Source: Candidatus Latescibacterota bacterium (GTDB taxonomy: Bacteria > Latescibacterota > UBA2968 > GCA-2709665). Taken from it: DNA of 64,000 nucleotides. Positions 27,951-39,087 of this stretch are shown here, piece after piece. The stretch spans positions 2,336,001-2,400,000 of the forward strand of contig OZ220733.1 of the NCBI GenBank assembly GCA_965116875.1. Reading direction: 5' to 3'. Under the pieces are notes generated by a model that did no database searches, was not told the origin of the DNA, and saw only the letters and a program-made list of their open reading frames with translations. Made by a program: the position numbers and the translations under genes. Position 1 is the first letter of the stretch. Each line of letters starts with the position of its first letter.

Positions 27951-29498
27951 TCAGGCGTGGGCGACCTTGAAGGCCGTTATGTTTCGGGTGTTTTTGCTGA
28001 ATTCTACCGCTATCAGGTGGATCGGCCGGTCCAGTCCGCGATATTTGTCCGCGTATTGCTTCTCCTGCAACTGCGCCATCGCCGCCCCCTCAGACGCCAG
28101 TTCAACCACTTTGAACTCGAACAGGTAGATATTGTCGTTGAATTGAACAGCCATATCCACACGCCCGTGACTGCTGCTGTCTTCCACGGTGACGTCAAAC
28201 CCCAATCCCGCGAAATAGGAATAGAAGACGCTGGCGTAGTAGCCTTCGTAGTTGGCGACGTCGTTGTTGGCGTACCATTCGTAGGGGATGCTTGCGAAGA
28301 TGGCGTGGAAGAGTGTTTCGAGGCTTGCGAAGTCGTTGGCTTCGAGCAGGCGGAACAGACGGACGCTATTCGCCATCTGCCGGGTTGCGTCCTTTACCAG
28401 ATAGCGCAACAGGCTCTCATTCAGGCTTTGACGCACCTCCCGATTTGGATAGCCCAGCCGATAGAGGGACTTGCCGCCGAGGTTTTCTGTCCGCGTGATC
28501 GTGAGGTAGCCGGTCTGGAACAGCAGGGCCTCGGTTGCCATGTCGTCGACGTCAAAGGTAGATAACAGCTCTTCGCCGCCGATCATGTGATCCAGTTCCA
28601 GGGTACTGACGCGGCGTTGGAAAAGGATTTCGATGAGGAACGTGGGGGTACCGGTCTCGAACCAGTACGCGCCAAAGGTGCGTTTGTTGAATAGCAGAAG
28701 AATATCGAAGGGGTTGTACACTTTCTCCTCGCCCAGCCAGCTATAGCCATTGTACCACTCACGAATCTGCTCTCTGTCCAGTCCGGACAGTTCTGGCGCG
28801 AATACGGTGTCGACGTCCTCTTCGGTGTAGCCGCAGATGGCGGAATAGCGCGGGTCGATGGTGATGTCCGTGAGGTTGTTGAGGCCGGAGAAGAGGCGCA
28901 CTTTGGAGAATTTGCTGACGCCCGTGAGGAAGGTAAATCGGACATGCGCGTCACAGTCTTTGATGGTGGCATAAAGGCCGCGCAGGAAGTCGCGGTTGGC
29001 GCGGGCGATTTCCGGGAACTCGAGTGCGTCGAGGATCGGTTTGTCGTATTCGTCGACAAGAACGGCCACGCGATGACCTGCTTGCTCGTGAAGGATTTCC
29101 AATAGGGATGCGAATCGTCCGGGAGCCGTGGTGTAATCTGAGACGACCCCTGCTCGACGTTCAATGGCGGCGAGTTGCTCCATGAGGTTTGCCTGAAGGT
29201 AGCCCGGCTCATTAAAGTTGCCGCTGCCAAAGCTGAGGCGCAAAACGGCATAGTGCACCTGCCAATCCCAGTGGTCATGGATGTCCAATCCCTCAAACAA
29301 TGGCTCGTTGCCTTCAAACAGCTCTTTCAAGGTGTCCAGAAACAGGCTCTTGCCAAAGCGACGCGGCCGCGATAGAAAATAGTGCTTGCCCTCGGTCAGT
29401 AACTGCCGGATGTAGGTGGTCTTGTCGACGTAGTAGCAGTTCTGCTCCCGAATCTCGCGGAAGGTCTGAATGCCAATGGGCAGTCTGCGTCTGGTCAT
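27951..29498 (-). CDS. AAA-ATPase-like protein with C-terminal PD-(D/E)XK nuclease-like domain
   Basis: Motifs LPIGIQTF, YYVDKT, Walker A SRPRRFGKS, VDEYDKP, WYNGY and GRVDM..YLFEFK. Likely start is the ATG at 29498 (MTRRRLP). Confidence 0.93.
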   Translation of the reverse strand: MTRRRLPIGIQTFREIREQNCYYVDKTTYIRQLLTEGKHYFLSRPRRFGKSLFLDTLKELFEGNEPLFEGLDIHDHWDWQVHYAVLRLSFGSGNFNEPGYLQANLMEQLAAIERRAGVVSDYTTAPGRFASLLEILHEQAGHRVAVLVDEYDKPILDALEFPEIARANRDFLRGLYATIKDCDAHVRFTFLTGVSKFSKVRLFSGLNNLTDITIDPRYSAICGYTEEDVDTVFAPELSGLDREQIREWYNGYSWLGEEKVYNPFDILLLFNKRTFGAYWFETGTPTFLIEILFQRRVSTLELDHMIGGEELLSTFDVDDMATEALLFQTGYLTITRTENLGGKSLYRLGYPNREVRQSLNESLLRYLVKDATRQMANSVRLFRLLEANDFASLETLFHAIFASIPYEWYANNDVANYEGYYASVFYSYFAGLGFDVTVEDSSSHGRVDMAVQFNDNIYLFEFKVVELASEGAAMAQLQEKQYADKYRGLDRPIHLIAVEFSKNTRNITAFKVAHA

Positions 29499-29825
29499 GG
29501 TACCCCTGTATGCGTTCGCCGGATCGGCCGCGTTCAACCGGGTGGCGGCATTCCTCTCACGTAGGTGACAGAAGCTGCAGGCCGGGGGAAAAATATAACG
29601 AGGCGCCTCCCGGAAGTCAAAGCCGCAGCGCAACGGTCTGGCGGAGAAAGCGCTAAATCCTTTCAACTTTTTGCGGCTCCCTGAATCGCCATACGAAAAC
29701 CATCTCAATTCCGAGCAATATACGGAAAACCTCTTGTCTCCACCTGGAAGTAAATGCCACTTCAGCAGGAAACAGTACTCGACACGAGATGTAAAAAGGA
29801 AACCGGACTTTCCGGAAAGGGCGCC

Positions 29826-32078
29826 ATGATACCCCGTATTTCACGTTTATCAGTTGCAATGTTGCTTTACATCCTGTCAGCGCCGACCGATGTCATCCAC
29901 GCCTCGCCTCCGCCCTGGGACGGCGTCCGCTTCCCGGGACCCGAACTCGGCCCGCAGCGGATGCCGCATAGCCACCCCGCGGCCAAGCGCGCGGCGGGCG
30001 TGAACGTGGGCGAGCCGCGCACGGTGCGGATGATCTACTTCCTGCCCAACGACCGCCAGGCCCGGCCGGACATAGACGAGACGTTCGATATCCTGATGAA
30101 TCAAGTACGACTATCATACGCCGAGCAGATGGAAAACCACGGATTCGGAGGGCGAACCTTTCGGATCGAGACCGACGCCGATGGAAGGGCTCTGGTGCAT
30201 CACGTGAAGGGTAGATTCGGCGATGCGCATTACCGTACCGATATGTTCGATACAGTATGGGATGAAGTGACCGAACGCTTCGATACGAGAAAGAACATCT
30301 ACCTTGTGTCCCTGGACGTAAGTGACGCCCCCTATTGCGGATTGGCCGCACCCTGGGGACCCGAAGGTGGAATGGCGGTCATTCCCTACGCCATCGTTAA
30401 GAAAGAGCATGCCTGGGATTGTGGTAACGTCGCCGTCATTGCCCATGAACTCGGTCACACATTTGGTCTGGCCCACGATACCTTCAGAAATGCTGCTCGC
30501 AGCCCATCGTCGTACCATACCGACTGGATGGTAACGTCGTTCGCCGCGACCGAATGGCTGGCCGCCCACCGCTATTTCAACGCCGGCAAGAGCTATCCTG
30601 AAAGAGATGATCCAACCGCGATTCATAATTCCCGCCCTGCTTGCCCCGCAGAACGTGTCGATCCCGGACGGAAATCTCGCCGCGGCAGTCAGGGATACTC
30701 TTGAATTGACGCCAGGGGAATCCGTGACGCAACTTGATATGCTGGGGTTGAGGAAGCTTCGCGCCTCCTCTCGTCAGATCACGGACCTTACCGGACTTGA
30801 GCACGCGGTGAATCTGATTGACCTGGACCTCGGCGGGAACGAGATCCACGACGTCACCCCCCTGGCCGGTTCGATCATTCTGGAAGTGTTGGCTCTTGGA
30901 AACAACCGCATATCCGAAATTCAACCGCTGATGCGGATGAACAATCTGCAGCGGTTGCGGTTAAGTGGGAATTCGGTATCGGATCTCTCCCCCCTGGCGA
31001 AGTTAACCAACCTGAAAGTGATCCTGCTCGCGGGGAACCCGATCGGGAATACGACGCCGCTGCACGGGCTGTTGCGTCGGAATCCCTTTTTGGAATTGGA
31101 TATTGACTCTCACTCGCTGGAGATCGTCTCAGGCGACGACCAGGAGGGCGCTCCCGGGTCGTTGCTATCGCAGCCCCTGGTCGTGGAAGTCCGCGACCCG
31201 CGCGGCGATCCCCTGGCTGGGGCGCGCGTCACTTTCACGGTCACCGCCGGCGAGGGCAAACTCAGCGGACGGTTCAGGGTGCAGCACACCACCACAGATG
31301 CCAGCGGCCGGGCCGGGTTGAACCTTACGCTGGGTCCTGATCGAGGTTCGAACACCGTGGTCGTGTCTCTCGGCGAGAGGGATATGGCAACGTTTACCGC
31401 CCGGGGCGCGGGCGACGCCGTGGCGGAACTGGACGGGGACCACCGGGCCTGGCATCTGCCGGAGGCAGCGACATTGCGCCTGGGCAGGGGCGCATTGGGA
31501 GAAAGCGACCGCGCAGTTACCCTTTCGCCGGACGGTCGCTGTCTGGCCGTGGCAAGCGGCATCGGCGTGTGGCTGTACGAGGCGTCTACGTCGCGGGCCC
31601 TGGCGCTGCTGCCGACGGCGAGTGCGGTCCGTTCGGTGGCGTTCTCCCTCGAAGGCACTCTGGCGTCAGGCCTGGATAACGGCCGGGTCGAGCTTTGGGA
31701 CGTGGAGACGGGCGCGTTGATCGGCGGAATGAGGCATGACAACTGGCGCGGAGTCACCGCGGTGGTGTTCTCGCCGGATGGGACTCGCCTGGCATCCGGA
31801 TCGTGGGACCAGGTGATCAAGCTATGGGATGTCGAGGCGAGGCGCGAGATAGCCGCCTGGGAGGCGCCGCGGGAGGGCGCCTCTCGCCACAAGTGCCGGA
31901 TCCGGACTTCGACGGCGACGGGACGGTGGGTTTTACGGACTTTCTGCAATTCGCGGCGCAGTTCGGTCTTGGACAGGAGGATACTGGATATGACGCGCGG
32001 TTCGACCTGGATGGCAACGGCGCGATTGGGTTCAGCGATTTCCTGATTTTCGCAAGCAGCTTTGGCCGGGGTGTATAA
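29826..32078 (+). pseudogene. Broken secreted multidomain gene: zinc metallopeptidase, internalin-like LRR, Ig-like domain, partial WD40, dockerin-like tag; split over three frames
   Basis: Signal peptide and HELGHTFGLAH in 29754..30704; IPDGNL/LRR/Ig/WD40 in 30607..32046; PDFDGDGTVGFTDF tag in 31803..32078. Frame changes at ~30622 and ~31878. Confidence 0.8.
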
Positions 32079-32193
32079 TTGCCGCACATCGCACCAAAAA
32101 AGGTGGGAGCCGTCTCCCGGCGTTGTCCTGCCGCTCCCCGCTCCCCGTTCGCCGCAGGCCTGTGCGAAAACTGCCCATACGGAGGTATTCGAG

Positions 32194-32370
32194 ATGTCCG
32201 ATAACCCTCAATACCGCGGCGCAAACAGCCGGCGCAAACAGCGGCGATGCCTGGCATGCGGCGAGATGTTCAGCAGCGCAGGGCCGGAAAATCGCATCTG
32301 CCAGCGTCACAGGGGGGACCGCAAGCGCACAAAGTATGAAGACTGGGCCGAGGCGTCCGCCAACGAATGA
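32194..32370 (+). CDS. Small putative zinc-ribbon protein (58 aa)
   Basis: RBS ggaggt; sequence RRCLACGEMFSSAGPENRICQRH contains CxxC...CxxH. Confidence 0.6.
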   Translation: MSDNPQYRGANSRRKQRRCLACGEMFSSAGPENRICQRHRGDRKRTKYEDWAEASANE

Positions 32371-32507
32371 TACACTCTCGCAAGGCACGTAAGGCCAATG
32401 CAAGCGACACCGGCAGCACATGGGTTGAATTCAGCAGGGCCGGGGGTGAGTGGATCAGTGGGCTTGCATATCGCCGCGACCGCTGCCGGGATATCACGTG
32501 CATGTTG

Positions 32508-33122
32508 TCAGTCCAGAATTCGCATCGCTTCGAGATCGTGCCTGAGTCTGCGGCTATTGTGGAACCGGATACTCCTGATGCCAACCGATTCCGCGGTCTG
32601 TACATTCCGGATTCGATCGTCGACGAACAGACACTCGTCGGGTTCCACGCCCAGCGCATCGAGAACCGTCTCAAAGGCCGCCGGTTCTTCTTTCATCCTG
32701 CCCAACTCGAAAGAGTAGAACCGCTCGTCGAATAACCTGAGAAACGGATGGACCGAATTGATGTAGTGAATCCACTCGCGGACGTGGTCCGAGTGCAAGA
32801 CAACCCGATATGTATTCGCCAATCGGCGGAGAACGGACAGCGATCCCTGCACCATGCGGTGGAAGTTGCGGCGGATGATTCGCTTGAGCGACCTGGCGTT
32901 GAGATTCCACCCTGTTCTTTCCAGGACCGAAGCCAGATAGGCGTCCTCGGAAATGCGCCCTTTCATCAGTTGAAACAATGCATCCTTGCGAAAGGACTCC
33001 AGGATGCCCTCCTCCGGAATGCACAGCCTCTTTGATACGCGTTTTTCCAGACCCTGCAGGCCGGCGATGAATACCTCTCCCAGGTCGAAAATGATGCAGG
33101 CGGGCGGGTTCGCGTCAGCCAT
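32508..33122 (-). CDS. HAD-superfamily phosphatase (YihX-like)
   Basis: IIFDLGEV (motif I), MKEEP, CLFVDDRIRNV (motif IV), A..VGI; RBS ggag before the ATG at 33122. Confidence 0.85.
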   Translation of the reverse strand: MADANPPACIIFDLGEVFIAGLQGLEKRVSKRLCIPEEGILESFRKDALFQLMKGRISEDAYLASVLERTGWNLNARSLKRIIRRNFHRMVQGSLSVLRRLANTYRVVLHSDHVREWIHYINSVHPFLRLFDERFYSFELGRMKEEPAAFETVLDALGVEPDECLFVDDRIRNVQTAESVGIRSIRFHNSRRLRHDLEAMRILD

Positions 33123-33469
33123 GAGAAAACTCCATGTCCTTGGAGGAATCGCAGAATGGTGAAGGAAGACACTCCGGATCGCCCTTGCGGCGAAGATCGG
33201 ATTGAAGCAGCGGACGGGTCCGGTTCGTTGCAAGCGGATCGACCATCAGGAGTAGGCAAATCTCGGACCCGGGCTGGTTCGTCCGTTTCCTTTAATCACT
33301 GGAACGCCGATCCCTGTCAGTCCGCTCGTCTACCTGCTGCTTTCGTCGATACGTCCTCTCGGGTTCGAGTGCCTGCGACCCGTTCATACCCGTTGAACGC
33401 CCGATCGCCGACTTTGTGCCCGACCATCGATTCGAGTTCACTCAAGACGCCGGTTAACAGGTATCGAAC

Positions 33470-34585
33470 ATGCGTGAAGAAAAGATAAGATTGCTCTGGA
33501 TCTTCGCCCTCGTGTTCCATGCAGGCGCGGGTCTTACGCCTGATGTATCGACCGCCGATGAGTTCTTGTCGTCCGACGTGAAAGCCAATTCGCAGGGAAC
33601 GCTATGCCGCGGTGATTTCGACAATAGCGGGACCGTGAATCTGACGGATTTTCTCGCGTTTGCCAGAGTGTTCGGCGCGCGCTCCGGAGACCCGAATTTC
33701 GATGGGCGGATGGATATGGACGGCAGCGGCGCGATCGACCTGGCGGATTTTCTCGCGTTTGCGCGCGTTTTCGGGACCACCTGTGAGCCGCTGCCGGCGC
33801 CGCCGTGCGACGTCACGCACCCGCCCGTGGACCCCACGCCGGTTTCTCCCGTCGAGGTCGCGTGCGAGGACTGGGCGGAATTCCACGTGGGTCCCAACGG
33901 CCGGGTGGGGGTCCCCTTCACCGGCGACCGCTGGTACAACAGCAACGTATGGAACAGAGCCGCCGCCGGCGGAGAGCCATACGAGCAGTGCATCCTGAGG
34001 CGCGTGGTGGACGGAAAGGACGAGTACGGGTGGCGGTGGCGGTGGCCGCTCGGGAACGGCGACGTGAAGGGCTACCCGGAGGTCATCTACGGGTTCAAGC
34101 CGTGGAACCTGCCCACGCGCTCGGCGCTTCCGAAGCAGATCTCAGACCTGCGCGAACTCCGGGTGGACTACGAAGCGTATCTTGCCGCGGAAGGCGCCTA
34201 CAACCTGGCCTTTTCGACGTGGGTGACGCGCGACAACCCGCCGACGCCCGAGGGGATCACGCACGAGATCATGGTCTGGATGGACCGAAGCTGCGGCTTC
34301 GAACCGTACCCGGATTCCCGGGTTGCCGAGGTCGAAATCGGAGGCGTCGCGTATACCCTGGTTATCGAAACCGCGCAGTCCACGTTCGGCCAGACCTACG
34401 TCGCCTTCGTGAGCCACGTGGACCAATTCAAGGGCTCGGTGGACTTCGCGGAATTCCTGGCTTACCTGGTCGAGAATGGCCGCGTCCCGGCCGATCATTT
34501 CGTCACCGATATCGAGTTGGGAAACGAGGCGATCTCCGGCACGGGAGAACTCTGGCTGAAGAAATTCGAGGTCGAGGTGCGGTGA
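33470..34585 (+). CDS. Secreted glycoside hydrolase family 12 protein with N-terminal dockerin-like tag
   Basis: Signal peptide; GDFDNSGTVNLTDF...DMDGSGAIDLADF; GH12 motifs NVWN, VKGYPEV, YNLAF, HEIMVW, ELGNE. Confidence 0.85.
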   Translation: MREEKIRLLWIFALVFHAGAGLTPDVSTADEFLSSDVKANSQGTLCRGDFDNSGTVNLTDFLAFARVFGARSGDPNFDGRMDMDGSGAIDLADFLAFARVFGTTCEPLPAPPCDVTHPPVDPTPVSPVEVACEDWAEFHVGPNGRVGVPFTGDRWYNSNVWNRAAAGGEPYEQCILRRVVDGKDEYGWRWRWPLGNGDVKGYPEVIYGFKPWNLPTRSALPKQISDLRELRVDYEAYLAAEGAYNLAFSTWVTRDNPPTPEGITHEIMVWMDRSCGFEPYPDSRVAEVEIGGVAYTLVIETAQSTFGQTYVAFVSHVDQFKGSVDFAEFLAYLVENGRVPADHFVTDIELGNEAISGTGELWLKKFEVEVR

Positions 34586-34630
34586 CGCGTGGGGCAGTCC
34601 GCGCGGATGGATGCCCGCACCGAAAAGCGA

Positions 34631-34776
34631 TCACTCCCCCCATGAGGGGGAGTCGCAGAAGCCGAGCCGGTCCCTTTGCCTTGTCCTGAGCCTGCTTGCA
34701 TTGAGCGTGTCGAAATGTCGAAGGCGCTGCCCTGAGCTTTGTCGAAGGGGTCGGCGACGGCTGATGCGGTGGGGGG
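34631..34776. repeat. Nested REP-like palindromic repeats
   Basis: Hairpin actcccccc-atga-gggggagt, three (c/t)tgagc..tgtcgaa(gg) units, closed by gcggtggggggat. Confidence 0.6.
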
Positions 34777-34847
34777 ATGGCAATAACTGTCACACTCTAC
34801 ATGACGCACATACGCCCGAACTTTCATGCCGGGGACGTCGGTGTGAG

Positions 34848-34872
34848 GGTGGGGCGGACATTCCTGTCTGCC
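34848..34872. repeat. REP-like element
   Basis: ggtggggcggacattcctgtctgcc forms the imperfect hairpin ggcggaca-ttcc-tgtctgcc. Confidence 0.5.
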
Positions 34873-34940
34873 CGCCTCGCTGTCCTTCTGTCGGGAAAGT
34901 GACAGCGGATTTGGCCTTAACCGCCGCAAGAGAGCGAGCT

Positions 34941-35927
34941 ATGTATTGGAGAATCTCAGCCAGCGTCCTGTTCGTCGGGTTGTTGGGTTCATCGGCTATT
35001 GTCGACGCGAAGCCCGTCCCGAGTCCCGATTTCGATGGTGATGGGACTGTCGGATTCAGCGATTTTGTTCAGTTTGCGGGCGTGTTCGGTTCGACACCCG
35101 ACGATCCTATGTACCAGGCGAAGTACGATCTCGACCGCGATGGGACGATAGGATTCCCGGATTTCGTGATCTTCGCACGTGACTTCGGCAAATCGCTCGA
35201 TGCGCACGCGAGACCCGTCATCGAGGCCTTCTGCGATGAGGAGGATCTGATAAAGACACCCGGGTTCGTTTACACAAACAACATGTGGGGCAGGGGAGAC
35301 ATCACCGACTACGAACAGTGCCTGCTCAGGTGCATCGCCGGCGCCGATACGACCTATGGTTGGCGGTGGCGGTGGCCCTTGGGAAGTGGCAGCGTCAAGG
35401 CGTATCCCGAAGTCATATTCGGCCATAAGCCGTTGGGACATCCGCCCATATCGCAAACCGCACCGGGCCTCCCGAAGCGCATATCGGACCTGGACCGCCT
35501 GCAGGTCAGCTATGAAGTAGAGATGACCGCCAGGGGCCTTTACAACCTGGCCTTTGAAATGTGGGTTACCAGTGCCAATCCGCCAACAACTGGAAAAATC
35601 ACACACGAAGTGATGATTTGGGTGGACCATACGATCTGGCCTGCGATGCCGGAGTTCATCGTGGACGAGGTTGAGATCGACGGCGCAGTCTATGACGTGT
35701 ATATCGATCCGAGGAGCGAGTCGGAGGGCGACAGCAAGTACATCGCGTTTTCAAGCCGCAAGAGGGCGCTGAGCGGCAAGCTCAATTTTGAGAAATTCCT
35801 CGACTATCTGATTGCTCACCACTCTCTTCCCGATGATCAATATGTGACCTCCGTCGAACTCGGCAACGAAGTCATAGAAGGCACGGGGGAGACGTGGCTT
35901 ACACACTACGAGATCACCGTTGACTGA
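34941..35927 (+). CDS. Second secreted GH12 protein with N-terminal dockerin-like tag
   Basis: Start MYWRISASV with signal peptide; PDFDGDGTVGFSDF...DLDRDGTIGFPDF; motifs NNMWG, VKAYPEV, HEVMIW, ELGNE; paralogous to the 33470 gene. Confidence 0.87.
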   Translation: MYWRISASVLFVGLLGSSAIVDAKPVPSPDFDGDGTVGFSDFVQFAGVFGSTPDDPMYQAKYDLDRDGTIGFPDFVIFARDFGKSLDAHARPVIEAFCDEEDLIKTPGFVYTNNMWGRGDITDYEQCLLRCIAGADTTYGWRWRWPLGSGSVKAYPEVIFGHKPLGHPPISQTAPGLPKRISDLDRLQVSYEVEMTARGLYNLAFEMWVTSANPPTTGKITHEVMIWVDHTIWPAMPEFIVDEVEIDGAVYDVYIDPRSESEGDSKYIAFSSRKRALSGKLNFEKFLDYLIAHHSLPDDQYVTSVELGNEVIEGTGETWLTHYEITVD

Positions 35928-36076
35928 TTCGAACTCGTCAAGTTGCTGTGAAGGTCGATTGCCGTAGCGAGAGAATTCCCATTGGCTGGAAGTACTGACA
36001 CTCGGATGAAGAACTGCATCGGCTGAATATATACACGTAAATCGTCCATCTTGGACCGTTATGGAGGAAAGAGCAC

Positions 36077-36503
36077 ATGTTACAAAATGGGTCGTTTCGG
36101 GTCGTTGGATTGCGCAGGATGATCACGGGCGGGTTGCTCGTGATGTTTTGCTGCACGGTTGGCGCCGCCGATCGATCGCACAGGGACGTCGCGCAGGTTA
36201 GACAGGAACGAGAGGATCAGGGCGGAGCTCAGGCGAGTCCTGAGAATCGCTCGCTTTGGGGCGCGCTGGCCATAGACGCCAACCAGGGGCAGAAATGGGG
36301 CTGGGCGATCGACTTTGCGACGGTACGAGAGGCGGAACAACGCGCGCTTGCGGAGTGCGGCGGACCAGGAAAAGGGCAGCACGATCTACGGCTGGGCGAA
36401 GGACAGTACGAGCGCGGCAGCGAAGAACAGAGCGGTGAACGAATGCCGCAATCGAGGTGGGAAATCCTGCATTGTGCGCGTATGGGGCTGCACGCGGCGA
36501 TGA
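36077..36503 (+). pseudogene. DUF4189-like secreted protein, frameshifted
   Basis: WGALAID..GWA...AEQRALAEC in one frame continues as ADQEKGSTIYGWA...AVNECRNRGGKSCIVRVWGC in another; the switch is at ~36356-36362. Confidence 0.7.
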
Positions 36504-36677
36504 GAGAATAACGGGCGATATGGACACCGGCTGCGATAGGATATCGAAATTCACAAGATTCGCCCGACTGCAACGAAGCCTCTTCGATGACAATGAAGGC
36601 AGGCATGATCCCGTGTACCAACGACATCCGAATTGGTGTTCTGGAATCTCAAGACACCGCAGTGACAGGGGGAATAA

Positions 36678-37211
36678 ATGAAGCGGAAACACGTAGAGAG
36701 ATGGGGTAGTCCTGTTGAAAAGCCGATCCCCGACCGTATCAAGAACAGACTCCGTAAAATTGTGAAAGCGATACTTCGACCGACCCGTTTTGTGGCGGTA
36801 ATCCTGGCTGTGACGTTGGCGTGGTTGCCGCTTCGGGTGAACGCGACCCGCACCGCCTCAGACCCGGTCATCGTTGCCGAAGACTCTCTCACGGTGGCAG
36901 GACGCGCTACCCTGAAGCTGGAAACGTTACTGGCTGAACCGGACTCTTGGATGGAATCCCTGGCGTTTGACGCAGACAGGCGCGTTGCCGCCGTCCCGAA
37001 TGACGACGTGTTCGGAGATTTGATGCAGCCGACGTTGATGAGCCGGTACATGCATCTCGCGCAACAGGATACCATCGTACTTGACCCGGAGACGCAAGAG
37101 GCAATGGAAGAACTCGCTGGTGCGATTCCCTACGAAATCCTCGTGATTGCAGGGATTATGGTCGTTACCTATCTGATCGCAAAGTCTTTAGGCTGGTGGG
37201 ATACGGAATAG
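36678..37211 (+). CDS. Hypothetical membrane or secreted protein
   Basis: RBS-like aggggga; hydrophobic segments near the N- and C-termini. Confidence 0.55.
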   Translation: MKRKHVERWGSPVEKPIPDRIKNRLRKIVKAILRPTRFVAVILAVTLAWLPLRVNATRTASDPVIVAEDSLTVAGRATLKLETLLAEPDSWMESLAFDADRRVAAVPNDDVFGDLMQPTLMSRYMHLAQQDTIVLDPETQEAMEELAGAIPYEILVIAGIMVVTYLIAKSLGWWDTE

Positions 37212-37535
37212 AAATAGCGGACACGGAGACCCGTCAATGAAGGTACCGGTCCATATTGGCGACGATCGATCGAAAAATCTGTCGATGAGCTGTAAGTCAG
37301 TAATGTCATGCGTGAAAAATTGGAGTTTACCCGGATTGTAGAAGGTCCAAATCTCCGGTGTAGATCACAATAAGAGCTGGTACCTTATACACGGCCGTAA
37401 TCAAACCCGGCCCGACGTCCGTTTTGTTCCACTCGCCGAATCGTCAAGTCCGTCTAATTGAACAGTTGACATTGTGTAATTCATCGCTTGTAATACTGCG
37501 CTTACCGCCTTCACATTCTACTCTGGAGGACGCTG

Positions 37536-38129
37536 ATGGTTCGCAAAATCTCCGTTTTAGCTGCCGTTATTCCGTTGCTGTTGGTGACCGGCTGCATGGT
37601 GCATTATCCCACCGAGATGTATCCGTTCGAAATCTTCGAAGTGTTTATGAACAAACAACGCGTGCACCCGAAAGGCACAATCTACAAGCGTTATTCGGAC
37701 GGGAAGCACATTATGCACTTCGACCGTATTGGCAGGACCAACGCAATTTACGGATGGATTGTCTGCCATGAATGTACCTGGAAACGCAAGCGAGTTGCAG
37801 CCATTTACGATGGCAGCCAACTTTACGTAGTCTATGGCGCGCATGAGAATTTGTTCAATATCGAAATATTACCATTCGAGCCCCTTAACAAGGACGGCAA
37901 CTGGAAGACCAATTGGTTTTGGAACGTCATCAACATCTACAAGATAGAGGGGCAATCTCTGATGCACCACTCGCAGTACCGGAAATGCATATGGGGCGAC
38001 GCGCCTACTGTCAGAGAGTGGACCAACGCGCCACTAGCCAAGGGCGGCGACAAACTGGATTGCAAGAAGCAGCAACCAGGACGCTACGAAAAATTCTTCA
38101 TTGCTGTCGATGACGCTACGCTCCAGTAG
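37536..38129 (+). CDS. Hypothetical lipoprotein
   Basis: RBS ggagga; lipobox LLVTGC. Confidence 0.7.
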   Translation: MVRKISVLAAVIPLLLVTGCMVHYPTEMYPFEIFEVFMNKQRVHPKGTIYKRYSDGKHIMHFDRIGRTNAIYGWIVCHECTWKRKRVAAIYDGSQLYVVYGAHENLFNIEILPFEPLNKDGNWKTNWFWNVINIYKIEGQSLMHHSQYRKCIWGDAPTVREWTNAPLAKGGDKLDCKKQQPGRYEKFFIAVDDATLQ

Positions 38130-38199
38130 GATCAGGGAGCGTAGCGACGCGAAATCGTGGAACATCTATAGACAGGACCGACACGCACGTCCCAGAATT

Positions 38200-38546
38200 C
38201 GATTTAGACAGCCCAATTGCGATGGATACGGCGGCCGGTGGGACGATGATATTACGACGCCAATAGGGTCGTTCCCCGCCAATCCTTGGGGGCTGCATTA
38301 CATGCGTGGAAACGTCGAGGAGTGGGTAAAGGACTGTGTGCCTGAATTCAATGATGGTAACGACTATGAGGGAGCACCGTCGGATGGTTCGGCTTGGGAC
38401 GCCGGTGGCCATTGCGTGTACGTGTTGCGCGACGTGTTCGCCCCTCTGAACACTTATCATGCCCCCGCTCCGCGCCACGTGACACGTATAATCCCTCGCG
38501 GGGGTTTAGCGGCAGTGTTCGAGTCGCTCGGACGGTAAGCCCTTGA
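38200..38546 (+). pseudogene. C-terminal remnant of an FGE-sulfatase (SUMF1/C-lectin fold) gene
   Basis: [48 protein letters not shown], then in another frame RSAPR...VRVARTVSP*. No N-terminus is present. Confidence 0.8.
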
Positions 38547-39087
38547 ATTGGGAAAAGAAGCCAATTGCATTCAGCGGTCAGCCCTCGGCTTGAGGCAATA
38601 ACCAATGCTAAGGGAAAATCCATTCAGCCCACATATGATGGGAAATCGGGAAACATCGATTAACAGGATGAGTCCCAAAAGCCGACATATTGCACAATTC
38701 GCAAGGAAGACATCATGTACCGCGCCCGATTGCTGCCTCGACCGAGGTACGCGAGTCCTCGTACGCATGGCTTGATCGCGCAATAGCAGCCCGGGAGCGA
38801 CGACTCCTGCGAACAGGCCGTTGCCCTCGTGGACCGTGGTCGCATTTGCGAAATTAGTCGGCGAGAATAGCCGGATGGAGAGAAACCGTACGTGGTATAG
38901 TCGGGAATTCCTTCGTTGTTCTGGGTAGCTTGGATACTGCCTGTCTACTTTCGGAGAGGGCTGCGGCAGAGTTGCCGTCAAAGGTTTTGACGGAGAAATG
39001 CCTGATGGATGCAAGCGGAGGAGGTGGAAGACACCCTGCACTACGTTCAGAGACCGCAACATCACCAATTGACAGGAGGAGATCGAA

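Noticed and set aside
34611-34940. N-terminal extension of the second GH12 ORF (likewise 29499-29708 and 33123-33233 for other genes)
   Set aside because: These run through intergenic or repeat DNA; better starts with a signal peptide, RBS or family-typical N-terminus lie downstream.
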